Notes: generated by a model from the letters alone, not told the origin. A stretch of 64,000 nucleotides of DNA from Candidatus Latescibacterota bacterium (GCA_965261395.1 OZ253462.1:4960001-5024000); one strand, 5' to 3'. Counted from the stretch's first letter, positions 46,133 to 55,838 are shown. A program made the numbers and translations.

Positions 46133-46186
46133 TACTGCACTTGTGTTCAGTAATTAAAATATACTGAACACAAGTGCAGTTGTCAA
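46133..46186 (-). promoter_or_regulatory. Sigma70 promoter overlapped by a perfect 19-bp inverted repeat (two CTG-N10-CAG boxes)
   Basis: Minus strand TTGACA-17nt-TATATT; arms at 46134-46152 and 46162-46180 are exact reverse complements. Confidence 0.75.
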
Positions 46187-46221
46187 GCAAATTAACCCCT
46201 TGCAGCGCGTTTTTTTCGCCC

Positions 46222-46590
46222 TCAAATCCTCCATCTCCGCAGGCTAAACTCACCGTTGGCCAGCCACCTCCAGCCCACGTAGAGCATCGCCAGCATCAAA
46301 GCAACTTTCAGCAGCAAAAGCGCAGCCCCAAAGACGCCGGCCACCAAGCTCCACGCGGCCCAAAATGCCAGCCAGACTCCAGCGAGTAGGGCCAAGGCTC
46401 CGACGACCCGGCCCAAGATGCTCTCGCCGCGCAGCCAGCGCAGACCTATGTAGAGCGCCCCGGCAGCCAAGAGGCCGACCGCAACTGCGCCGAGCAAACC
46501 AAAGAGGCTGCCGAACACGGGCCAGATCAGCTTGACCCCCCAAGCAACGCCCCCGATTAGCAATATCACACCTAGTATTCTGGCCAACAT
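46222..46590 (-). CDS. Small integral membrane protein with internal two-fold repeat, downstream of pspA
   Basis: About 4 TM helices; halves end in LYIGLRWL and LYVGWRWL; SD GGAGG. Confidence 0.7.
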   Translation of the reverse strand: MLARILGVILLIGGVAWGVKLIWPVFGSLFGLLGAVAVGLLAAGALYIGLRWLRGESILGRVVGALALLAGVWLAFWAAWSLVAGVFGAALLLLKVALMLAMLYVGWRWLANGEFSLRRWRI

Positions 46591-46623
46591 GACTGGCCTC
46601 CTTTACGATGCTTTTGGTCTCGC

Positions 46624-47292
46624 CTAAAGGCGAGGTGAAGCCGCTTTCAGCGCGGCCATTTCCTCTGCGACTTTGCGGTCGCGCTCGGCTCGGCGCTCGG
46701 CAGCTAATTCGCGCAACACTTCGGCCTCAGCAACTGCCTGATCCACCTGTTCCTCAAAGCGCGTCAGTTCGTGCTCGCTTTGCTGCACTCGCTGCGCGAT
46801 CGCGGTAAAGCGGAGTGCGGGCGCGTCTTCGCCGAATGCTACACCGCGCTCGCGCTCGGCGCAACAGCGGGCGATCAGCTTGCCCCGCCGCGCGCGGATA
46901 TCGCGCAGCTTTTGGCGCAGGATCTCGACCTGCTCCTCTAACTGGACCACGGTATCGCAACTCTCTGCGAGGGCCGGTTCCAGCCGCACGTGCGCCTGGT
47001 CCAGCTCCGTCTTCTGTATCAAGGCAAGCCGCGCGCCCTCGTCGTTTCCGGCCTCCACCGCGGCTGTGGCCTTCGCTTGCCACATCTGCATCTGCTCGGC
47101 GTTGCGCTGGAAGTCGCGCTCCACGCGCCGCTTGGTGGCCCGCGCCTTGACCAGCGCGGCTACGGCTTGGTCAACGGCGCGCGCTACGTCGCGGACGATC
47201 TGATCCACCATCTTGGCTGGATCCTCAATCCGGTCCAGCGCCTCATTGAGGTTCGCCTTCCAGATGGCGGCGATCCGCTCTATTGCTCCCAT
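46624..47292 (-). CDS. pspA: PspA/IM30 family protein
   Basis: ANLN..LD..EDP.KM.DQ, W..KA..A...G....AR.AL and coiled-coil pattern. Confidence 0.85.
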   Translation of the reverse strand: MGAIERIAAIWKANLNEALDRIEDPAKMVDQIVRDVARAVDQAVAALVKARATKRRVERDFQRNAEQMQMWQAKATAAVEAGNDEGARLALIQKTELDQAHVRLEPALAESCDTVVQLEEQVEILRQKLRDIRARRGKLIARCCAERERGVAFGEDAPALRFTAIAQRVQQSEHELTRFEEQVDQAVAEAEVLRELAAERRAERDRKVAEEMAALKAASPRL

Positions 47293-47315
47293 TATATGGC
47301 TCCTATTGTTCACGC

Positions 47316-47525
47316 CTAAAGGCGCGGTGAAGCGGGGTTAGTGCTTTGGGCCACCCGACAGCGCTGCCGCTGCCGCCGCGCAAAAGGCGATTCAATGTCG
47401 TATTTGCGGCAGAGCCGGCTAAAGCTGCGTATCGTGATCCCCAGCGCCCGACTGGCGTCCTGATTGCATTTGTACATCCGCGCCACGCGCTCGATCTGCT
47501 CCCTGCTAAGTCCTTTGTTCACCAA
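47316..47525 (-). CDS. Small stand-alone Fis-type HTH protein
   Basis: NQDASRALGITIRSFSRLCRKYDI resembles the Fis/bEBP HTH; SD AAGGAGG. Confidence 0.65.
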   Translation of the reverse strand: MVNKGLSREQIERVARMYKCNQDASRALGITIRSFSRLCRKYDIESPFARRQRQRCRVAQSTNPASPRL

Positions 47526-47566
47526 GGTAGCCTCCTTGTTGGGGTAGGGGATTCACCCCGTTTATT

Positions 47567-47582
47567 AGCAAAGGGCGTACCG
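47567..47582 (-). promoter_or_regulatory. Sigma54 (-24/-12) promoter of the HTH-pspA operon
   Basis: Minus strand CGGTACG-CCCT-TTGCT versus consensus TGGCACG-N4-TTGCW. Confidence 0.7.
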
Positions 47583-47760
47583 CCGTTTTGCGAGACTCAT
47601 AACTCATTTGTAAACAATCGGATAGAATTTCAAGAGGAGCGTGGCACTACCCGTGTTTATGGCAGCATTCGCCACTTTTGGCGAGAGCCGCCAGCCGCAT
47701 GTATGCATGCACATCGCGGCGCGCGTTGACGGGCTACAAGTGTATGTTCATATTGTCTTC

Positions 47761-47786
47761 CATTTGTTTTATATATGAAACAAATG
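47761..47786. promoter_or_regulatory. Near-perfect 26-bp AT-rich palindrome (operator or enhancer candidate)
   Basis: catttgttttatatatgaaacaaatg in the divergent psp/desaturase intergenic region. Confidence 0.5.
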
Positions 47787-47959
47787 TTTTATAATACGGT
47801 CATAAATTAGGATCAAAAGGCTTACCGAGGAAAAACCGCTTGAATCGATAGCTCAACTTGTCCATTTTGTCTTATATTCAATATTTAATATTTATAAAAC
47901 CATGCTGCCGCGTACCCAGTTAGGGTATCTTTCAATCACTCAGTGATGGAGAAACTCAG

Positions 47960-48949
47960 TTGAATCCGCACAAGAGAGAAGTCATTGCGAGCATGGAGGA
48001 TTTCGTCAGGGACCAACTCCCGTTGCTCAAGTCCGTAGAAGACAGTTGGCAGCCCGACGATTTTCTTCCCAATATGGGCACGGAAAACTGGGAAGACTCC
48101 ATCCGCGAATTCCGCACCCGCGCCCAAGCGCTTCCCGACGATGTCCTCGTCGTCCTCGTCGGCGACATGATCACCGAGGAAGCCCTGCCCACCTATCAGA
48201 CCTTGCTCAACAGCTTTGAAGGCGTGTCGGACACCACCGGCACGGATCCTAGCCCGTGGGCCCAATGGTCGCGCGGTTGGACGGCCGAGGAAAATCGCCA
48301 CGGCGACCTGCTCAACAAATACCTCTTCCTCACGGGCCGCGTCGATATGCGCGCCATCGAGACGACGATCCAATACCTGCTGCGCACTGGCTTCAACCCG
48401 CAGGCCGCCCAAGATCCCTACAAGGGCTTCGTCTATACGTCTTTCCAAGAGCGAGCGACCCGCATTTCCCACAGCAACGTGGCCCGCTTGGCGCAAAGGG
48501 CCGGCGATTCGCACCTCAAGACCATCTGCGGCGTCGTGGCCGGCGACGAAGCCCGCCACGAAAGAGCGTACACGAACTTTATCAAGAAAATTTTCGAGCT
48601 GGACCCAAGCGGGGCAATATTGGCCTTCCGCGACCTAATGAAACGCCAAGTCGTCATGCCCGCTCACCTGATGACCGACGGGCAGGACCCCAACCTCTTT
48701 GAACACTTCTCGATCGTGGCTCAGCGGCTCGGGGTGTACACGGCCAAGCACTACGCCGAAATTACCGAGCACCTAGTCCGCCAGTGGGAGTTGGACTCGC
48801 TCTGCGGCCTCACCGGCGAAGCGGCCGCGGCCCAAGACTATTTGTGCAAGCTCGGGCCGCGCTACGCCAGGCTAGCTGAGCGCAACGAGCGACGGCAGAA
48901 TCACACCTCGCCGCTGCGGTTTAGCTGGATCCACAACCGCAGCGTCTAA
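47960..48949 (+). CDS. Soluble acyl-ACP desaturase (ferritin-like, DesA1/plant stearoyl-ACP desaturase family)
   Basis: WQP.DFLP, ITEEALPTY, WTAEENRHG, YTSFQERAT and DEARH di-iron motifs. Confidence 0.93.
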   Translation: MNPHKREVIASMEDFVRDQLPLLKSVEDSWQPDDFLPNMGTENWEDSIREFRTRAQALPDDVLVVLVGDMITEEALPTYQTLLNSFEGVSDTTGTDPSPWAQWSRGWTAEENRHGDLLNKYLFLTGRVDMRAIETTIQYLLRTGFNPQAAQDPYKGFVYTSFQERATRISHSNVARLAQRAGDSHLKTICGVVAGDEARHERAYTNFIKKIFELDPSGAILAFRDLMKRQVVMPAHLMTDGQDPNLFEHFSIVAQRLGVYTAKHYAEITEHLVRQWELDSLCGLTGEAAAAQDYLCKLGPRYARLAERNERRQNHTSPLRFSWIHNRSV

Positions 48950-48966
48950 CCGGGGCCGCAGTCAGC

Positions 48967-49809
48967 ATGCGTCCACGGCCTTCCGATCCCTTTTTCGCAC
49001 TCGTTCAAAAGGCGCGCGACCCCTCCGGCGAGATTGACCTCGCCCGCGGGGCCTTGCTCATCGCCCTACAAGCGTATCCCAACCTCGACCTCGAGCACTA
49101 CCTGCGGCAACTCGACGCGCTGAGCGAGGGCTTTCGCGCCCGCTATGCCACGACCGATTCCCTGCCAGCCTCGCTGGCCAATCTGAGTCAATACGTGTTC
49201 GGCGACCTCGGCTTCCGCGGCAACCGCGCTCACTACGACGACCCCCGCAACAGCTATCTCAACGAGGTTCTCGACCGCCGCCTCGGCATTCCCATCACCC
49301 TAGCGGTCGTCTATCTAGAGCTAGGGAAGCGGCTGTCCTTTCCCCTCGCAGGGGTCAATTTTCCGCAGCACTTCCTCGTGCGCAGCACCCAAGGCGACGA
49401 ACCGCTCTTCGTCGATCCCTTTGCCGGCGGCGCTTTTGTCGCTAGCCAGTCCCTGGGCGAGCGGCTGCCGGTCATCGAGGGACGCCGGCTAGAATTGGCC
49501 GCCGAGTTCATCGAGCCAGCCTCGTCGCTGCACATCTTAGCGCGCATGCTCCGCAACCTCAAACGCCTCCACTTCCAAGCCCGTGAGTTTGCCACGGCCA
49601 TCCGCTGGGCCGAGAAAATCGCGTACCTACAGCCAGCCGAGGCCGAAAACTACCGCGACCTCGGCTTCCTCTACCACCACACCCGCGATCATCTCAAGGC
49701 CATCGAGGCTTTTAGCGAGTATCTCCGCTGGGCCGGCGACGCCCCGGACACCTCCACCATCGAGCACAACATCCGCGTTCTTGCCAATCGCCTGATCTCG
49801 CTCAACTGA
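48967..49809 (+). CDS. SirB1/transglutaminase-like protein with C-terminal TPR
   Basis: GF.GN...Y.DPRNSYLN.VL.RR.GIPITL, FP.HFL, VDPF and RMLRNLK motifs. Confidence 0.85.
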   Translation: MRPRPSDPFFALVQKARDPSGEIDLARGALLIALQAYPNLDLEHYLRQLDALSEGFRARYATTDSLPASLANLSQYVFGDLGFRGNRAHYDDPRNSYLNEVLDRRLGIPITLAVVYLELGKRLSFPLAGVNFPQHFLVRSTQGDEPLFVDPFAGGAFVASQSLGERLPVIEGRRLELAAEFIEPASSLHILARMLRNLKRLHFQAREFATAIRWAEKIAYLQPAEAENYRDLGFLYHHTRDHLKAIEAFSEYLRWAGDAPDTSTIEHNIRVLANRLISLN

Positions 49810-49810
49810 T

Positions 49811-51334
49811 TCAGTCCGCTTCGCGCTCTGCTGGGCTGACGTCTTCCTTGGCCGTCAACCAGCGCATGACCTCTCCCAACCGCGGCGGCTTGCCCGTCAT
49901 CAAGATGCCGATGCGGAAGACCTTGCCCGCTCCATGCACCGCAAAGTAGATAGACAAGAGCAGCAGCACTGTGGTAGCCAAATACTCCCACAGGGGCGGT
50001 GAGCCAGCGGCCCGGTTCATCATGACAAAAGGGGTAAAGAGCGGTATGTAGGACATAACCCGCGCCAAGGTGCCGTTGGGGTCTTGGGTGATGGGTACCA
50101 TCATAAGCAACGGCACGATCAGCGGGAGCAGGAGCGGCAACATCAGGCTCTGCGCGTCTTTTAAGCTATTGCACAGCGAGCCAGCCCCCACCAACAAGCA
50201 GGCGTACAACAGGAAGCCAGCCAAGAAGTAAAAGACAAAGGACCACAAGTAAAGTGGAGTGCTGGCAATGCCGACGATGGAGGCCGCATCGTCCCCCAAC
50301 GCGGCCGGCGCGACCACCACCCCCACCACCACGCACACGACCCACGTAAAGACCAAGGTCAGTCCAACCGCGGCCGTGCCAGCGATCTTGCCAGCCATCA
50401 GTTCAAAGGGTGAGAGCGCGGACAGCAGCACTTCGATCAGGCGCGACGACTTCTCCTCCACGGTATTGGTCATCAGCGTCTGCGCGTTGATAAATATCGC
50501 CATCCACAATAGGTACACGAACGGTATGACGGCCCACTGCTGGACCTTGTCGCCGGTGGAAACCTCGGCTTCTCCGCCGCGCTTATCGACCTTGCGCTCC
50601 GCGAAATGCACTGGGGTCTGCAACCAGTGGCTCGTTTCCGCGTCGAGGCCCGCCTGCGCAATGCGCCGCGCCCGCACCACTTGGAACACCCGGTCTGCAA
50701 ACCAATGGCGCAAGTCCCGATCGGTCAGATTCAAAGAGATGTATTTGCACCCCTCGTCGTTGGCGACTGGATCTGGGGCGATGACGAAATAGGCAAAGAG
50801 CGCGCCGTCGTTTACCATGCGATTGAGCGCGGTTGGTGCATCGTCGCCGCTGGGTAAATCCACCCGGACGTAGCGGCTGCGCGAGAGTTCCAAGTCGAGG
50901 GCCTCCAACTCCTCGGCCGACACCTGCTGCCACCACTCGACAAGGCCGGCCGCACTCTCACCTTTGCCCGCAGCGAGGTCCTGTACCAGCCCCGGCCGCT
51001 CCCCTTCCGCCAAGCTCACATAGCCCTTCGCGGCTGCCCTGACCGCGGCCGGCAAGCGCTCCCAAGCCGAACCGCCGTCGCGATAACGCGCCGCCGCGTC
51101 CCGCAGCACTATGCCCAGATCCTCGGCCAAAATGCCCTTTTCCACCTCCTGTAGCACAAAACCCGAATGGTCGATCACAGCATAGGTGCGTGCCTGTTTG
51201 GTTCCGATCAATAGAATGGGCACCACAACGCTCAAGGCGAGGATGAGCGGGAAGGCCAAGACGCCGATCCAAAACCCCTTGGTGCGGACGTTCTCCATGT
51301 ATTCGCGCCGAGCAACCAAAGCAATTTTACGCAT
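49811..51334 (-). CDS. ABC-2 type exporter permease (NatB-like)
   Basis: ARREY...VRTK, VEEKSSR.IEVLLS, GKI and IPLFTP..M..R motifs. Confidence 0.88.
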   Translation of the reverse strand: MRKIALVARREYMENVRTKGFWIGVLAFPLILALSVVVPILLIGTKQARTYAVIDHSGFVLQEVEKGILAEDLGIVLRDAAARYRDGGSAWERLPAAVRAAAKGYVSLAEGERPGLVQDLAAGKGESAAGLVEWWQQVSAEELEALDLELSRSRYVRVDLPSGDDAPTALNRMVNDGALFAYFVIAPDPVANDEGCKYISLNLTDRDLRHWFADRVFQVVRARRIAQAGLDAETSHWLQTPVHFAERKVDKRGGEAEVSTGDKVQQWAVIPFVYLLWMAIFINAQTLMTNTVEEKSSRLIEVLLSALSPFELMAGKIAGTAAVGLTLVFTWVVCVVVGVVVAPAALGDDAASIVGIASTPLYLWSFVFYFLAGFLLYACLLVGAGSLCNSLKDAQSLMLPLLLPLIVPLLMMVPITQDPNGTLARVMSYIPLFTPFVMMNRAAGSPPLWEYLATTVLLLLSIYFAVHGAGKVFRIGILMTGKPPRLGEVMRWLTAKEDVSPAEREAD

Positions 51335-52238
51335 CGTCGGCCTCCCCTATAGAGCGGATGAAAATCTCGTGCAACGAGGCCGTGCGCAGAGCGAAGCCCC
51401 GGATATGCACCTTGTGGACGAGCGCGGCCAACACCGCTTGCGAGTCCGCGTCCTCAGCCAGAAAAAGCTCGGCCCGCTTGCCCGAGTCGTTGACCCGGAT
51501 AACGCCCGGCAGATCGCGTAGCAGACGCCCGTCGCCATCGTAGTCGAGCACCGCAGCGTGCCCTCCGCTGGCGAGCACTTGGCCCAACGGGCCATCGACG
51601 ACCTTCTGCCCCTTGTTGATCAGTGCGACAAAATCGCATAGCTGCTCGGCCTGCTCCATGAGGTGGGTCGAGAAGACCACCGTCTTGCCATCGCGGCGCA
51701 TCTGCAAAATGGCATCTCGCATCAGATCGCGATTGACCGGGTCCAGCCCGGAAAAAGGCTCGTCGAGAATGACCAACTCGGGCTCGTGGATCAGCGCCGA
51801 GAGCAATTGCACCTTTTGCTCCATGCCCTTGGAAAGCACCTCGCAGCGCCGATCCTGATAGTCACCAAGGCCATAGCGCTGCAACAACTCGGCGGCCCGC
51901 TGCTGCGCCACGTCGGCCGCAACCCCCTTGAGCCGCGCGAAATAGGTCATCTGCTCGGCGACCTTCATCTTCTTGTACAGGCCCTTTTCCTCGGGCAGAT
52001 AGCCAAGCTGGTCTTTGACCGCGAGGGCCTGTTGCCCATCCAGCAGGCCGATGCGCCCGGAGTCGGCGAAGAAGATGCTCATAATCATGCGGATCAGGGT
52101 CGTCTTACCCGCGCCGTTGGGCCCCAACATCCCATAGATACATCCGGCGGGTACGCGCAGCGACACCCCGCGCACGGCCTCGACCGCGCCGAAACGCTTC
52201 CACACGTCTTCGAGCTGCACTGCCGTTGAAAAAGCCAT
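51327..52238 (-). CDS. ABC exporter ATP-binding protein (NatA-like)
   Basis: GPNGAGKTT, GYLPEEKGLY, LSKG and LDEPFSGLDP motifs. Confidence 0.92.
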   Translation of the reverse strand: MAFSTAVQLEDVWKRFGAVEAVRGVSLRVPAGCIYGMLGPNGAGKTTLIRMIMSIFFADSGRIGLLDGQQALAVKDQLGYLPEEKGLYKKMKVAEQMTYFARLKGVAADVAQQRAAELLQRYGLGDYQDRRCEVLSKGMEQKVQLLSALIHEPELVILDEPFSGLDPVNRDLMRDAILQMRRDGKTVVFSTHLMEQAEQLCDFVALINKGQKVVDGPLGQVLASGGHAAVLDYDGDGRLLRDLPGVIRVNDSGKRAELFLAEDADSQAVLAALVHKVHIRGFALRTASLHEIFIRSIGEADDA

Positions 52239-52362
52239 GCCTGCTGCACTCCTCTCAATGGGTTCGGGTTGGCAAGAAAAACCTATATGTATTGTTTTAC
52301 CATGCAAAACCTAACCCTTTTTTCCTCAACCGCATCTCAGCATTTGATATAGGAGATTCCTC

Positions 52363-53451
52363 ATGCCCAAGCTCTTTGGTCGCAACTTCACCCGCCGCCA
52401 ACTGCTCAACCGCGTCGGCGACATCAGCCAACTCATGTACGCCCGCCGCGCCGAGCGCCGCGAAGGCTTCGAGCGCGGTGCCGACCTCATCGACGTGTTC
52501 AACGCTTCGGGCTTGGGGTTTTCCGTCTTGCCCGGTCGCGCCCTCGACATTGCCTCGGCCCACTACAAGGGCCAGTCGCTGTGTTTCCGCTCTGGCCCCG
52601 GAGACGTCGGGCCGGCCTTCTACGAGCCAGAGGGCTTCAAATGGGGGCGCGGCTGGTTCGGCGGGCTAGTAACCTCTTGCGGCCTCGACTTTGTCGGCCA
52701 CCCAGAAGTTGATCCCGAAGAAGAAAACGCCGAAATGCCCCTGCACGGCCGCCTCTCGTACATACCGGCCAAAAACGTCGGCATTGAGGCGGGCTGGGAG
52801 GGCGCGGATTACGTCGTGCGCATCCGCGGCCAAATGCGCCAAGCCGAGGTCTTTGCCGAAAACCTAGAGCTGTCGCGCGAGATTTCGACCGTGCTCGGCG
52901 AGCGCAGCATCCACATCCGCGACCGCATCGAAAACCTCGCGGCCGACCGCTCGCCGCTCATGTTCGTCTATCACTGCAACCCCGGCTTCCCCCTCCTCGA
53001 CGAAGGAACTCGCCTCGTCCTCCACAGCCGCCAGAGCACTGAGTGGACCGCGGACCAGCCCGTCAGCCCCGAGGACTACACCGTGGCCAAAGGGCCGCAA
53101 CCGCGTGCCCACGACGATGTGTACGTGCATCGGCCCCGCACCGACCGCCAAGGGCGCGTTCACATCGGCCTGCTCAACGAAAAGCTCGGCTTGGGATTGT
53201 ATTGGCAGTTCAAGCACAGCGAGATTCCCATCGTCAACCACTGGCAGCACTTCCACAAGGGCACCTACGTCACCGGCATTGAGCCGGGCAACTGCTCAGT
53301 GCTCGGCCGCGCTTGGAACCGCAAGCACGGCACCTTGCAGTACATCGAACCGGGCGAGGTGCGCGAATTCAACATGGAAATCGGCGTGTTAGACGGGGCG
53401 GATGAGATGCGCGACTTTGAGCGGAAGGTCAAGCGGGGATTGGCGAAGTAA
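52363..53451 (+). CDS. DUF4432 / aldose 1-epimerase family protein
   Basis: V.PGRALDI, GGL..SCG, LHGR, YHCN.GFP and GIEPG motifs. Confidence 0.85.
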   Translation: MPKLFGRNFTRRQLLNRVGDISQLMYARRAERREGFERGADLIDVFNASGLGFSVLPGRALDIASAHYKGQSLCFRSGPGDVGPAFYEPEGFKWGRGWFGGLVTSCGLDFVGHPEVDPEEENAEMPLHGRLSYIPAKNVGIEAGWEGADYVVRIRGQMRQAEVFAENLELSREISTVLGERSIHIRDRIENLAADRSPLMFVYHCNPGFPLLDEGTRLVLHSRQSTEWTADQPVSPEDYTVAKGPQPRAHDDVYVHRPRTDRQGRVHIGLLNEKLGLGLYWQFKHSEIPIVNHWQHFHKGTYVTGIEPGNCSVLGRAWNRKHGTLQYIEPGEVREFNMEIGVLDGADEMRDFERKVKRGLAK

Positions 53452-53525
53452 GGCGGTGCTGAAACGTTAGCGGGACGAAAAATGTATCAAGCCCTGCCAT
53501 CCCCTTCAAATGGCGAAAATAGATC

Positions 53526-53963
53526 ATGGACAAAAACCAATGGCTGGATCCACAACCCTGGGAGCGAGACGTTGATGCACCCTGTCTGTCCTTGGGCGCA
53601 GCCGGTCAATTTGACGACACCCACCTTTTTGCTCCCTGTGTCGCTTTGGAAAACGAGCGCTATTACATGTGGTACGGCAGCTATAGCAGCTATCCGCCCG
53701 AGGTCATGCAAACCTCCATCGGATTTGCCGTCAGCGAAGACGGCCTCAACTGGACTAAAAGCCCTCACAATCCGATCTTCGGCCCCGACCCTTCGCGGCC
53801 ATGGGAATCGCACTTTACCACTAGCCATTCGCTCTTGCGCCTGGCCGACGGCTCCCTGCGCCTGTGGTACGCTTCGCGCACCAAACCACCTTTCGTACAC
53901 AAGTATTACGCCATCGGCACCGCGCGATGGCCCGCTTATATGGACGGACGAAAAAATAGATAA
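53526..53963 (+). pseudogene. Short five-bladed beta-propeller glycosidase-like ORF (GH43/32/130 clan), probably internally deleted
   Basis: FDD....APCV, YYMWY, IGFA.SEDGLNWTK..NPIF motifs; at 145 aa it is too short for a full propeller. Confidence 0.55.
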
Positions 53964-53964
53964 C

Positions 53965-54795
53965 ATGGCCATGAGTCGCTTTGTTCTTCTCATCGCTTTT
54001 GTTGCGTGTGCCAATCGCGCGAACACCACGCAGGGCAATGCGGCCGACTGTACCACCGAGGGAATCGCCGCCTTGGCCGCCCGTGAAGCATCAAGCGCCT
54101 ATCAAAATCTCAAGGAAGCCGGAGTCGTTGCCGATACCCTTGCTGATTCCATTGCTGTGGCCGTCGTCGACTCGGTCGCCTATGCTGCCTATGACTCGCT
54201 CTTTGCCTCTTTGCGCACCATCTTCGGCCCCAAGGCGGCGGCGGCTTTCGATCAATATATGGATGCCAAACAGGCTTTCTACGAAGTAGGCACTCCCATT
54301 GACGAAACCGCGTTGAGCGGCGCTTTTGAAGTCGGTAAATACCTTTTTAACGCGGCCGGCGTTATGCACCGTCTAACCGCATCGGAAATAGCCATCTGGG
54401 GAAACGAGTATTACCCAGCTTGGGATCGATTTAACGCGGCGGGGAAAGAAATAACCAAGCAAGCCGCCGCTGCCGCGCATAAGGCTAACTGCGCTTTCTA
54501 CAACGACGCCATTTTGTCTTTGGATGCACCAGACGCTTCCGTTGGATACCGGGCCGCTATCTTGGCCTTCTCTGGTGCGTATCTCGAAATATGTACCCCA
54601 ATGCCGTCCTCGCAATTTTTCGGCTTCGCGTACGGGCTAGCTGGCCGCTTAGATCAGGCGGCTCGCTACAATGTGTTTCGGACCGCATTGAATACAAGCT
54701 ACTACACGAGCAGTCTTTATTCGGGCTTGGAGGCAGTCTCAGAAACAGCCGAACAGGCTGCCCTGATTGCCCTGACCTTGGATTGTAGTCAATAA
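53965..54795 (+). CDS. Hypothetical Ala-rich helical lipoprotein
   Basis: MAMSRFVLLIAFVAC lipobox; true start taken inside ORF 53482..54795. Confidence 0.6.
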   Translation: MAMSRFVLLIAFVACANRANTTQGNAADCTTEGIAALAAREASSAYQNLKEAGVVADTLADSIAVAVVDSVAYAAYDSLFASLRTIFGPKAAAAFDQYMDAKQAFYEVGTPIDETALSGAFEVGKYLFNAAGVMHRLTASEIAIWGNEYYPAWDRFNAAGKEITKQAAAAAHKANCAFYNDAILSLDAPDASVGYRAAILAFSGAYLEICTPMPSSQFFGFAYGLAGRLDQAARYNVFRTALNTSYYTSSLYSGLEAVSETAEQAALIALTLDCSQ

Positions 54796-54981
54796 GACGG
54801 CAGTGGCCCTGTTCGCCTGTGGTTCCTGCCTCGCTGGCGTCTGGCTCCTCGTCGATGAGTTCGCCGGGACGGTGGGCAACTGCCTGCCGGTGTATTAATT
54901 TCTGTTCTGCTGATTCGCGAGAGGGCGACATCAGAAAAAGTCTATTTGATGGGAACGTAGAGAAGAGAGGGGAATAGACCG

Positions 54982-55398
54982 ATGATTGATTATGGGAATT
55001 TTAGCAAGGCTCTGAAGAATCTTGAGTTGCAGTATGACAACTACAAAAACCTGGACGATGAATTGCCGGAACTTATGAAAGAGGCTGTGTCCGAGTCGGT
55101 GATTCAGCGATTTGAAATTTGCTACGATACGATGTGGAAGATACTAAAGCGTCATCTGCAAGAAGTATTAGGCCTTGCTGAAGTTCCCAACAGTCCTAGA
55201 CCGATCTTACGTCTGGCCGATTCTAACAACCTACTTTCGTCTTCCTTCTCCCAATGGGACCAATACATACAAGCTCGTATTGATACCACTCACGACTACA
55301 GTGGGGAGAAAGCAAAGAAGGCTCTTGGAATTGTGGGTAATTTTATTGACGACGCCATTGATCTTTACCAGACCTTGACGGAGGAGACTTGGGAATGA
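54982..55398 (+). CDS. HEPN-domain nucleotidyltransferase substrate-binding protein (HI0074 family), putative toxin
   Basis: IQRFEICY...WK.LK motif; R-X4-H in ARIDTTHDY; lower GC. Confidence 0.85.
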   Translation: MIDYGNFSKALKNLELQYDNYKNLDDELPELMKEAVSESVIQRFEICYDTMWKILKRHLQEVLGLAEVPNSPRPILRLADSNNLLSSSFSQWDQYIQARIDTTHDYSGEKAKKALGIVGNFIDDAIDLYQTLTEETWE

Positions 55399-55709
55399 CC
55401 GACGCCATCGACATCAGCGTTGGCGATCACAAGTTGGTTCTCGGCCTGCTGAAACAGCATCTGCCCAATGTCGCCGTGTGGGCTTATGGTTCCCGGGTCA
55501 AGTGGACTGCACGCCCGCAGTCTGACTTGGATTTGGTTGCTTTTGTTTCGTGTGAACAGAAAGCGGCCGTTTTCAATCTAAGGGAAGCCTTGGAAGAGAG
55601 CAGTCTGCCATTTCCGGTGGACCTGTTTATCTGGGATGAGTTGCCGGAGTCGTTTCAGAAGCGGATTGAAGCCGAACATGTGGTGTTGGTGGAGAAGGAA
55701 GATCGGTAG
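55395..55709 (+). CDS. Minimal nucleotidyltransferase (MNT, HI0073 family), putative antitoxin
   Basis: YGSR......SDLDL and LPF.VD motifs; ATGA overlap with the HEPN gene. Confidence 0.87.
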   Translation: MTDAIDISVGDHKLVLGLLKQHLPNVAVWAYGSRVKWTARPQSDLDLVAFVSCEQKAAVFNLREALEESSLPFPVDLFIWDELPESFQKRIEAEHVVLVEKEDR

Positions 55710-55726
55710 TGGGCTACTATGAAAAT

Positions 55727-55763
55727 AAAACCCCCGTACCAAGTACGCTGGCACGGGGTTTTT
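55727..55763. terminator. Bidirectional intrinsic terminator
   Basis: A run, then ccccgtacca-loop-tggcacgggg, then ttttt. Confidence 0.7.
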
Positions 55764-55778
55764 CGGTTCTCTCAGATT

Positions 55779-55838
55779 TCAAACTATCCCTCGACCGAAT
55801 AGCGACAGCAGCTTGAACAGCATCAGCATCAGCATCAT
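55779..55838 (-). CDS. Candidate 19-aa hydrophobic peptide MMLMLMLFKLLSLFGRGIV
   Basis: Purine-rich SD (AAGGGAAGGAA) before the ATG; terminator just after the stop; below the ORF-track size cut-off. Confidence 0.35.
   Translation of the reverse strand: MMLMLMLFKLLSLFGRGIV

Noticed and set aside
53482-53964. N-terminal part of the 437-aa ORF 53482..54795
   Set aside because: The recognisable glycosidase-like sequence is in a different frame (53526), and the lipoprotein signal starts at 53965.
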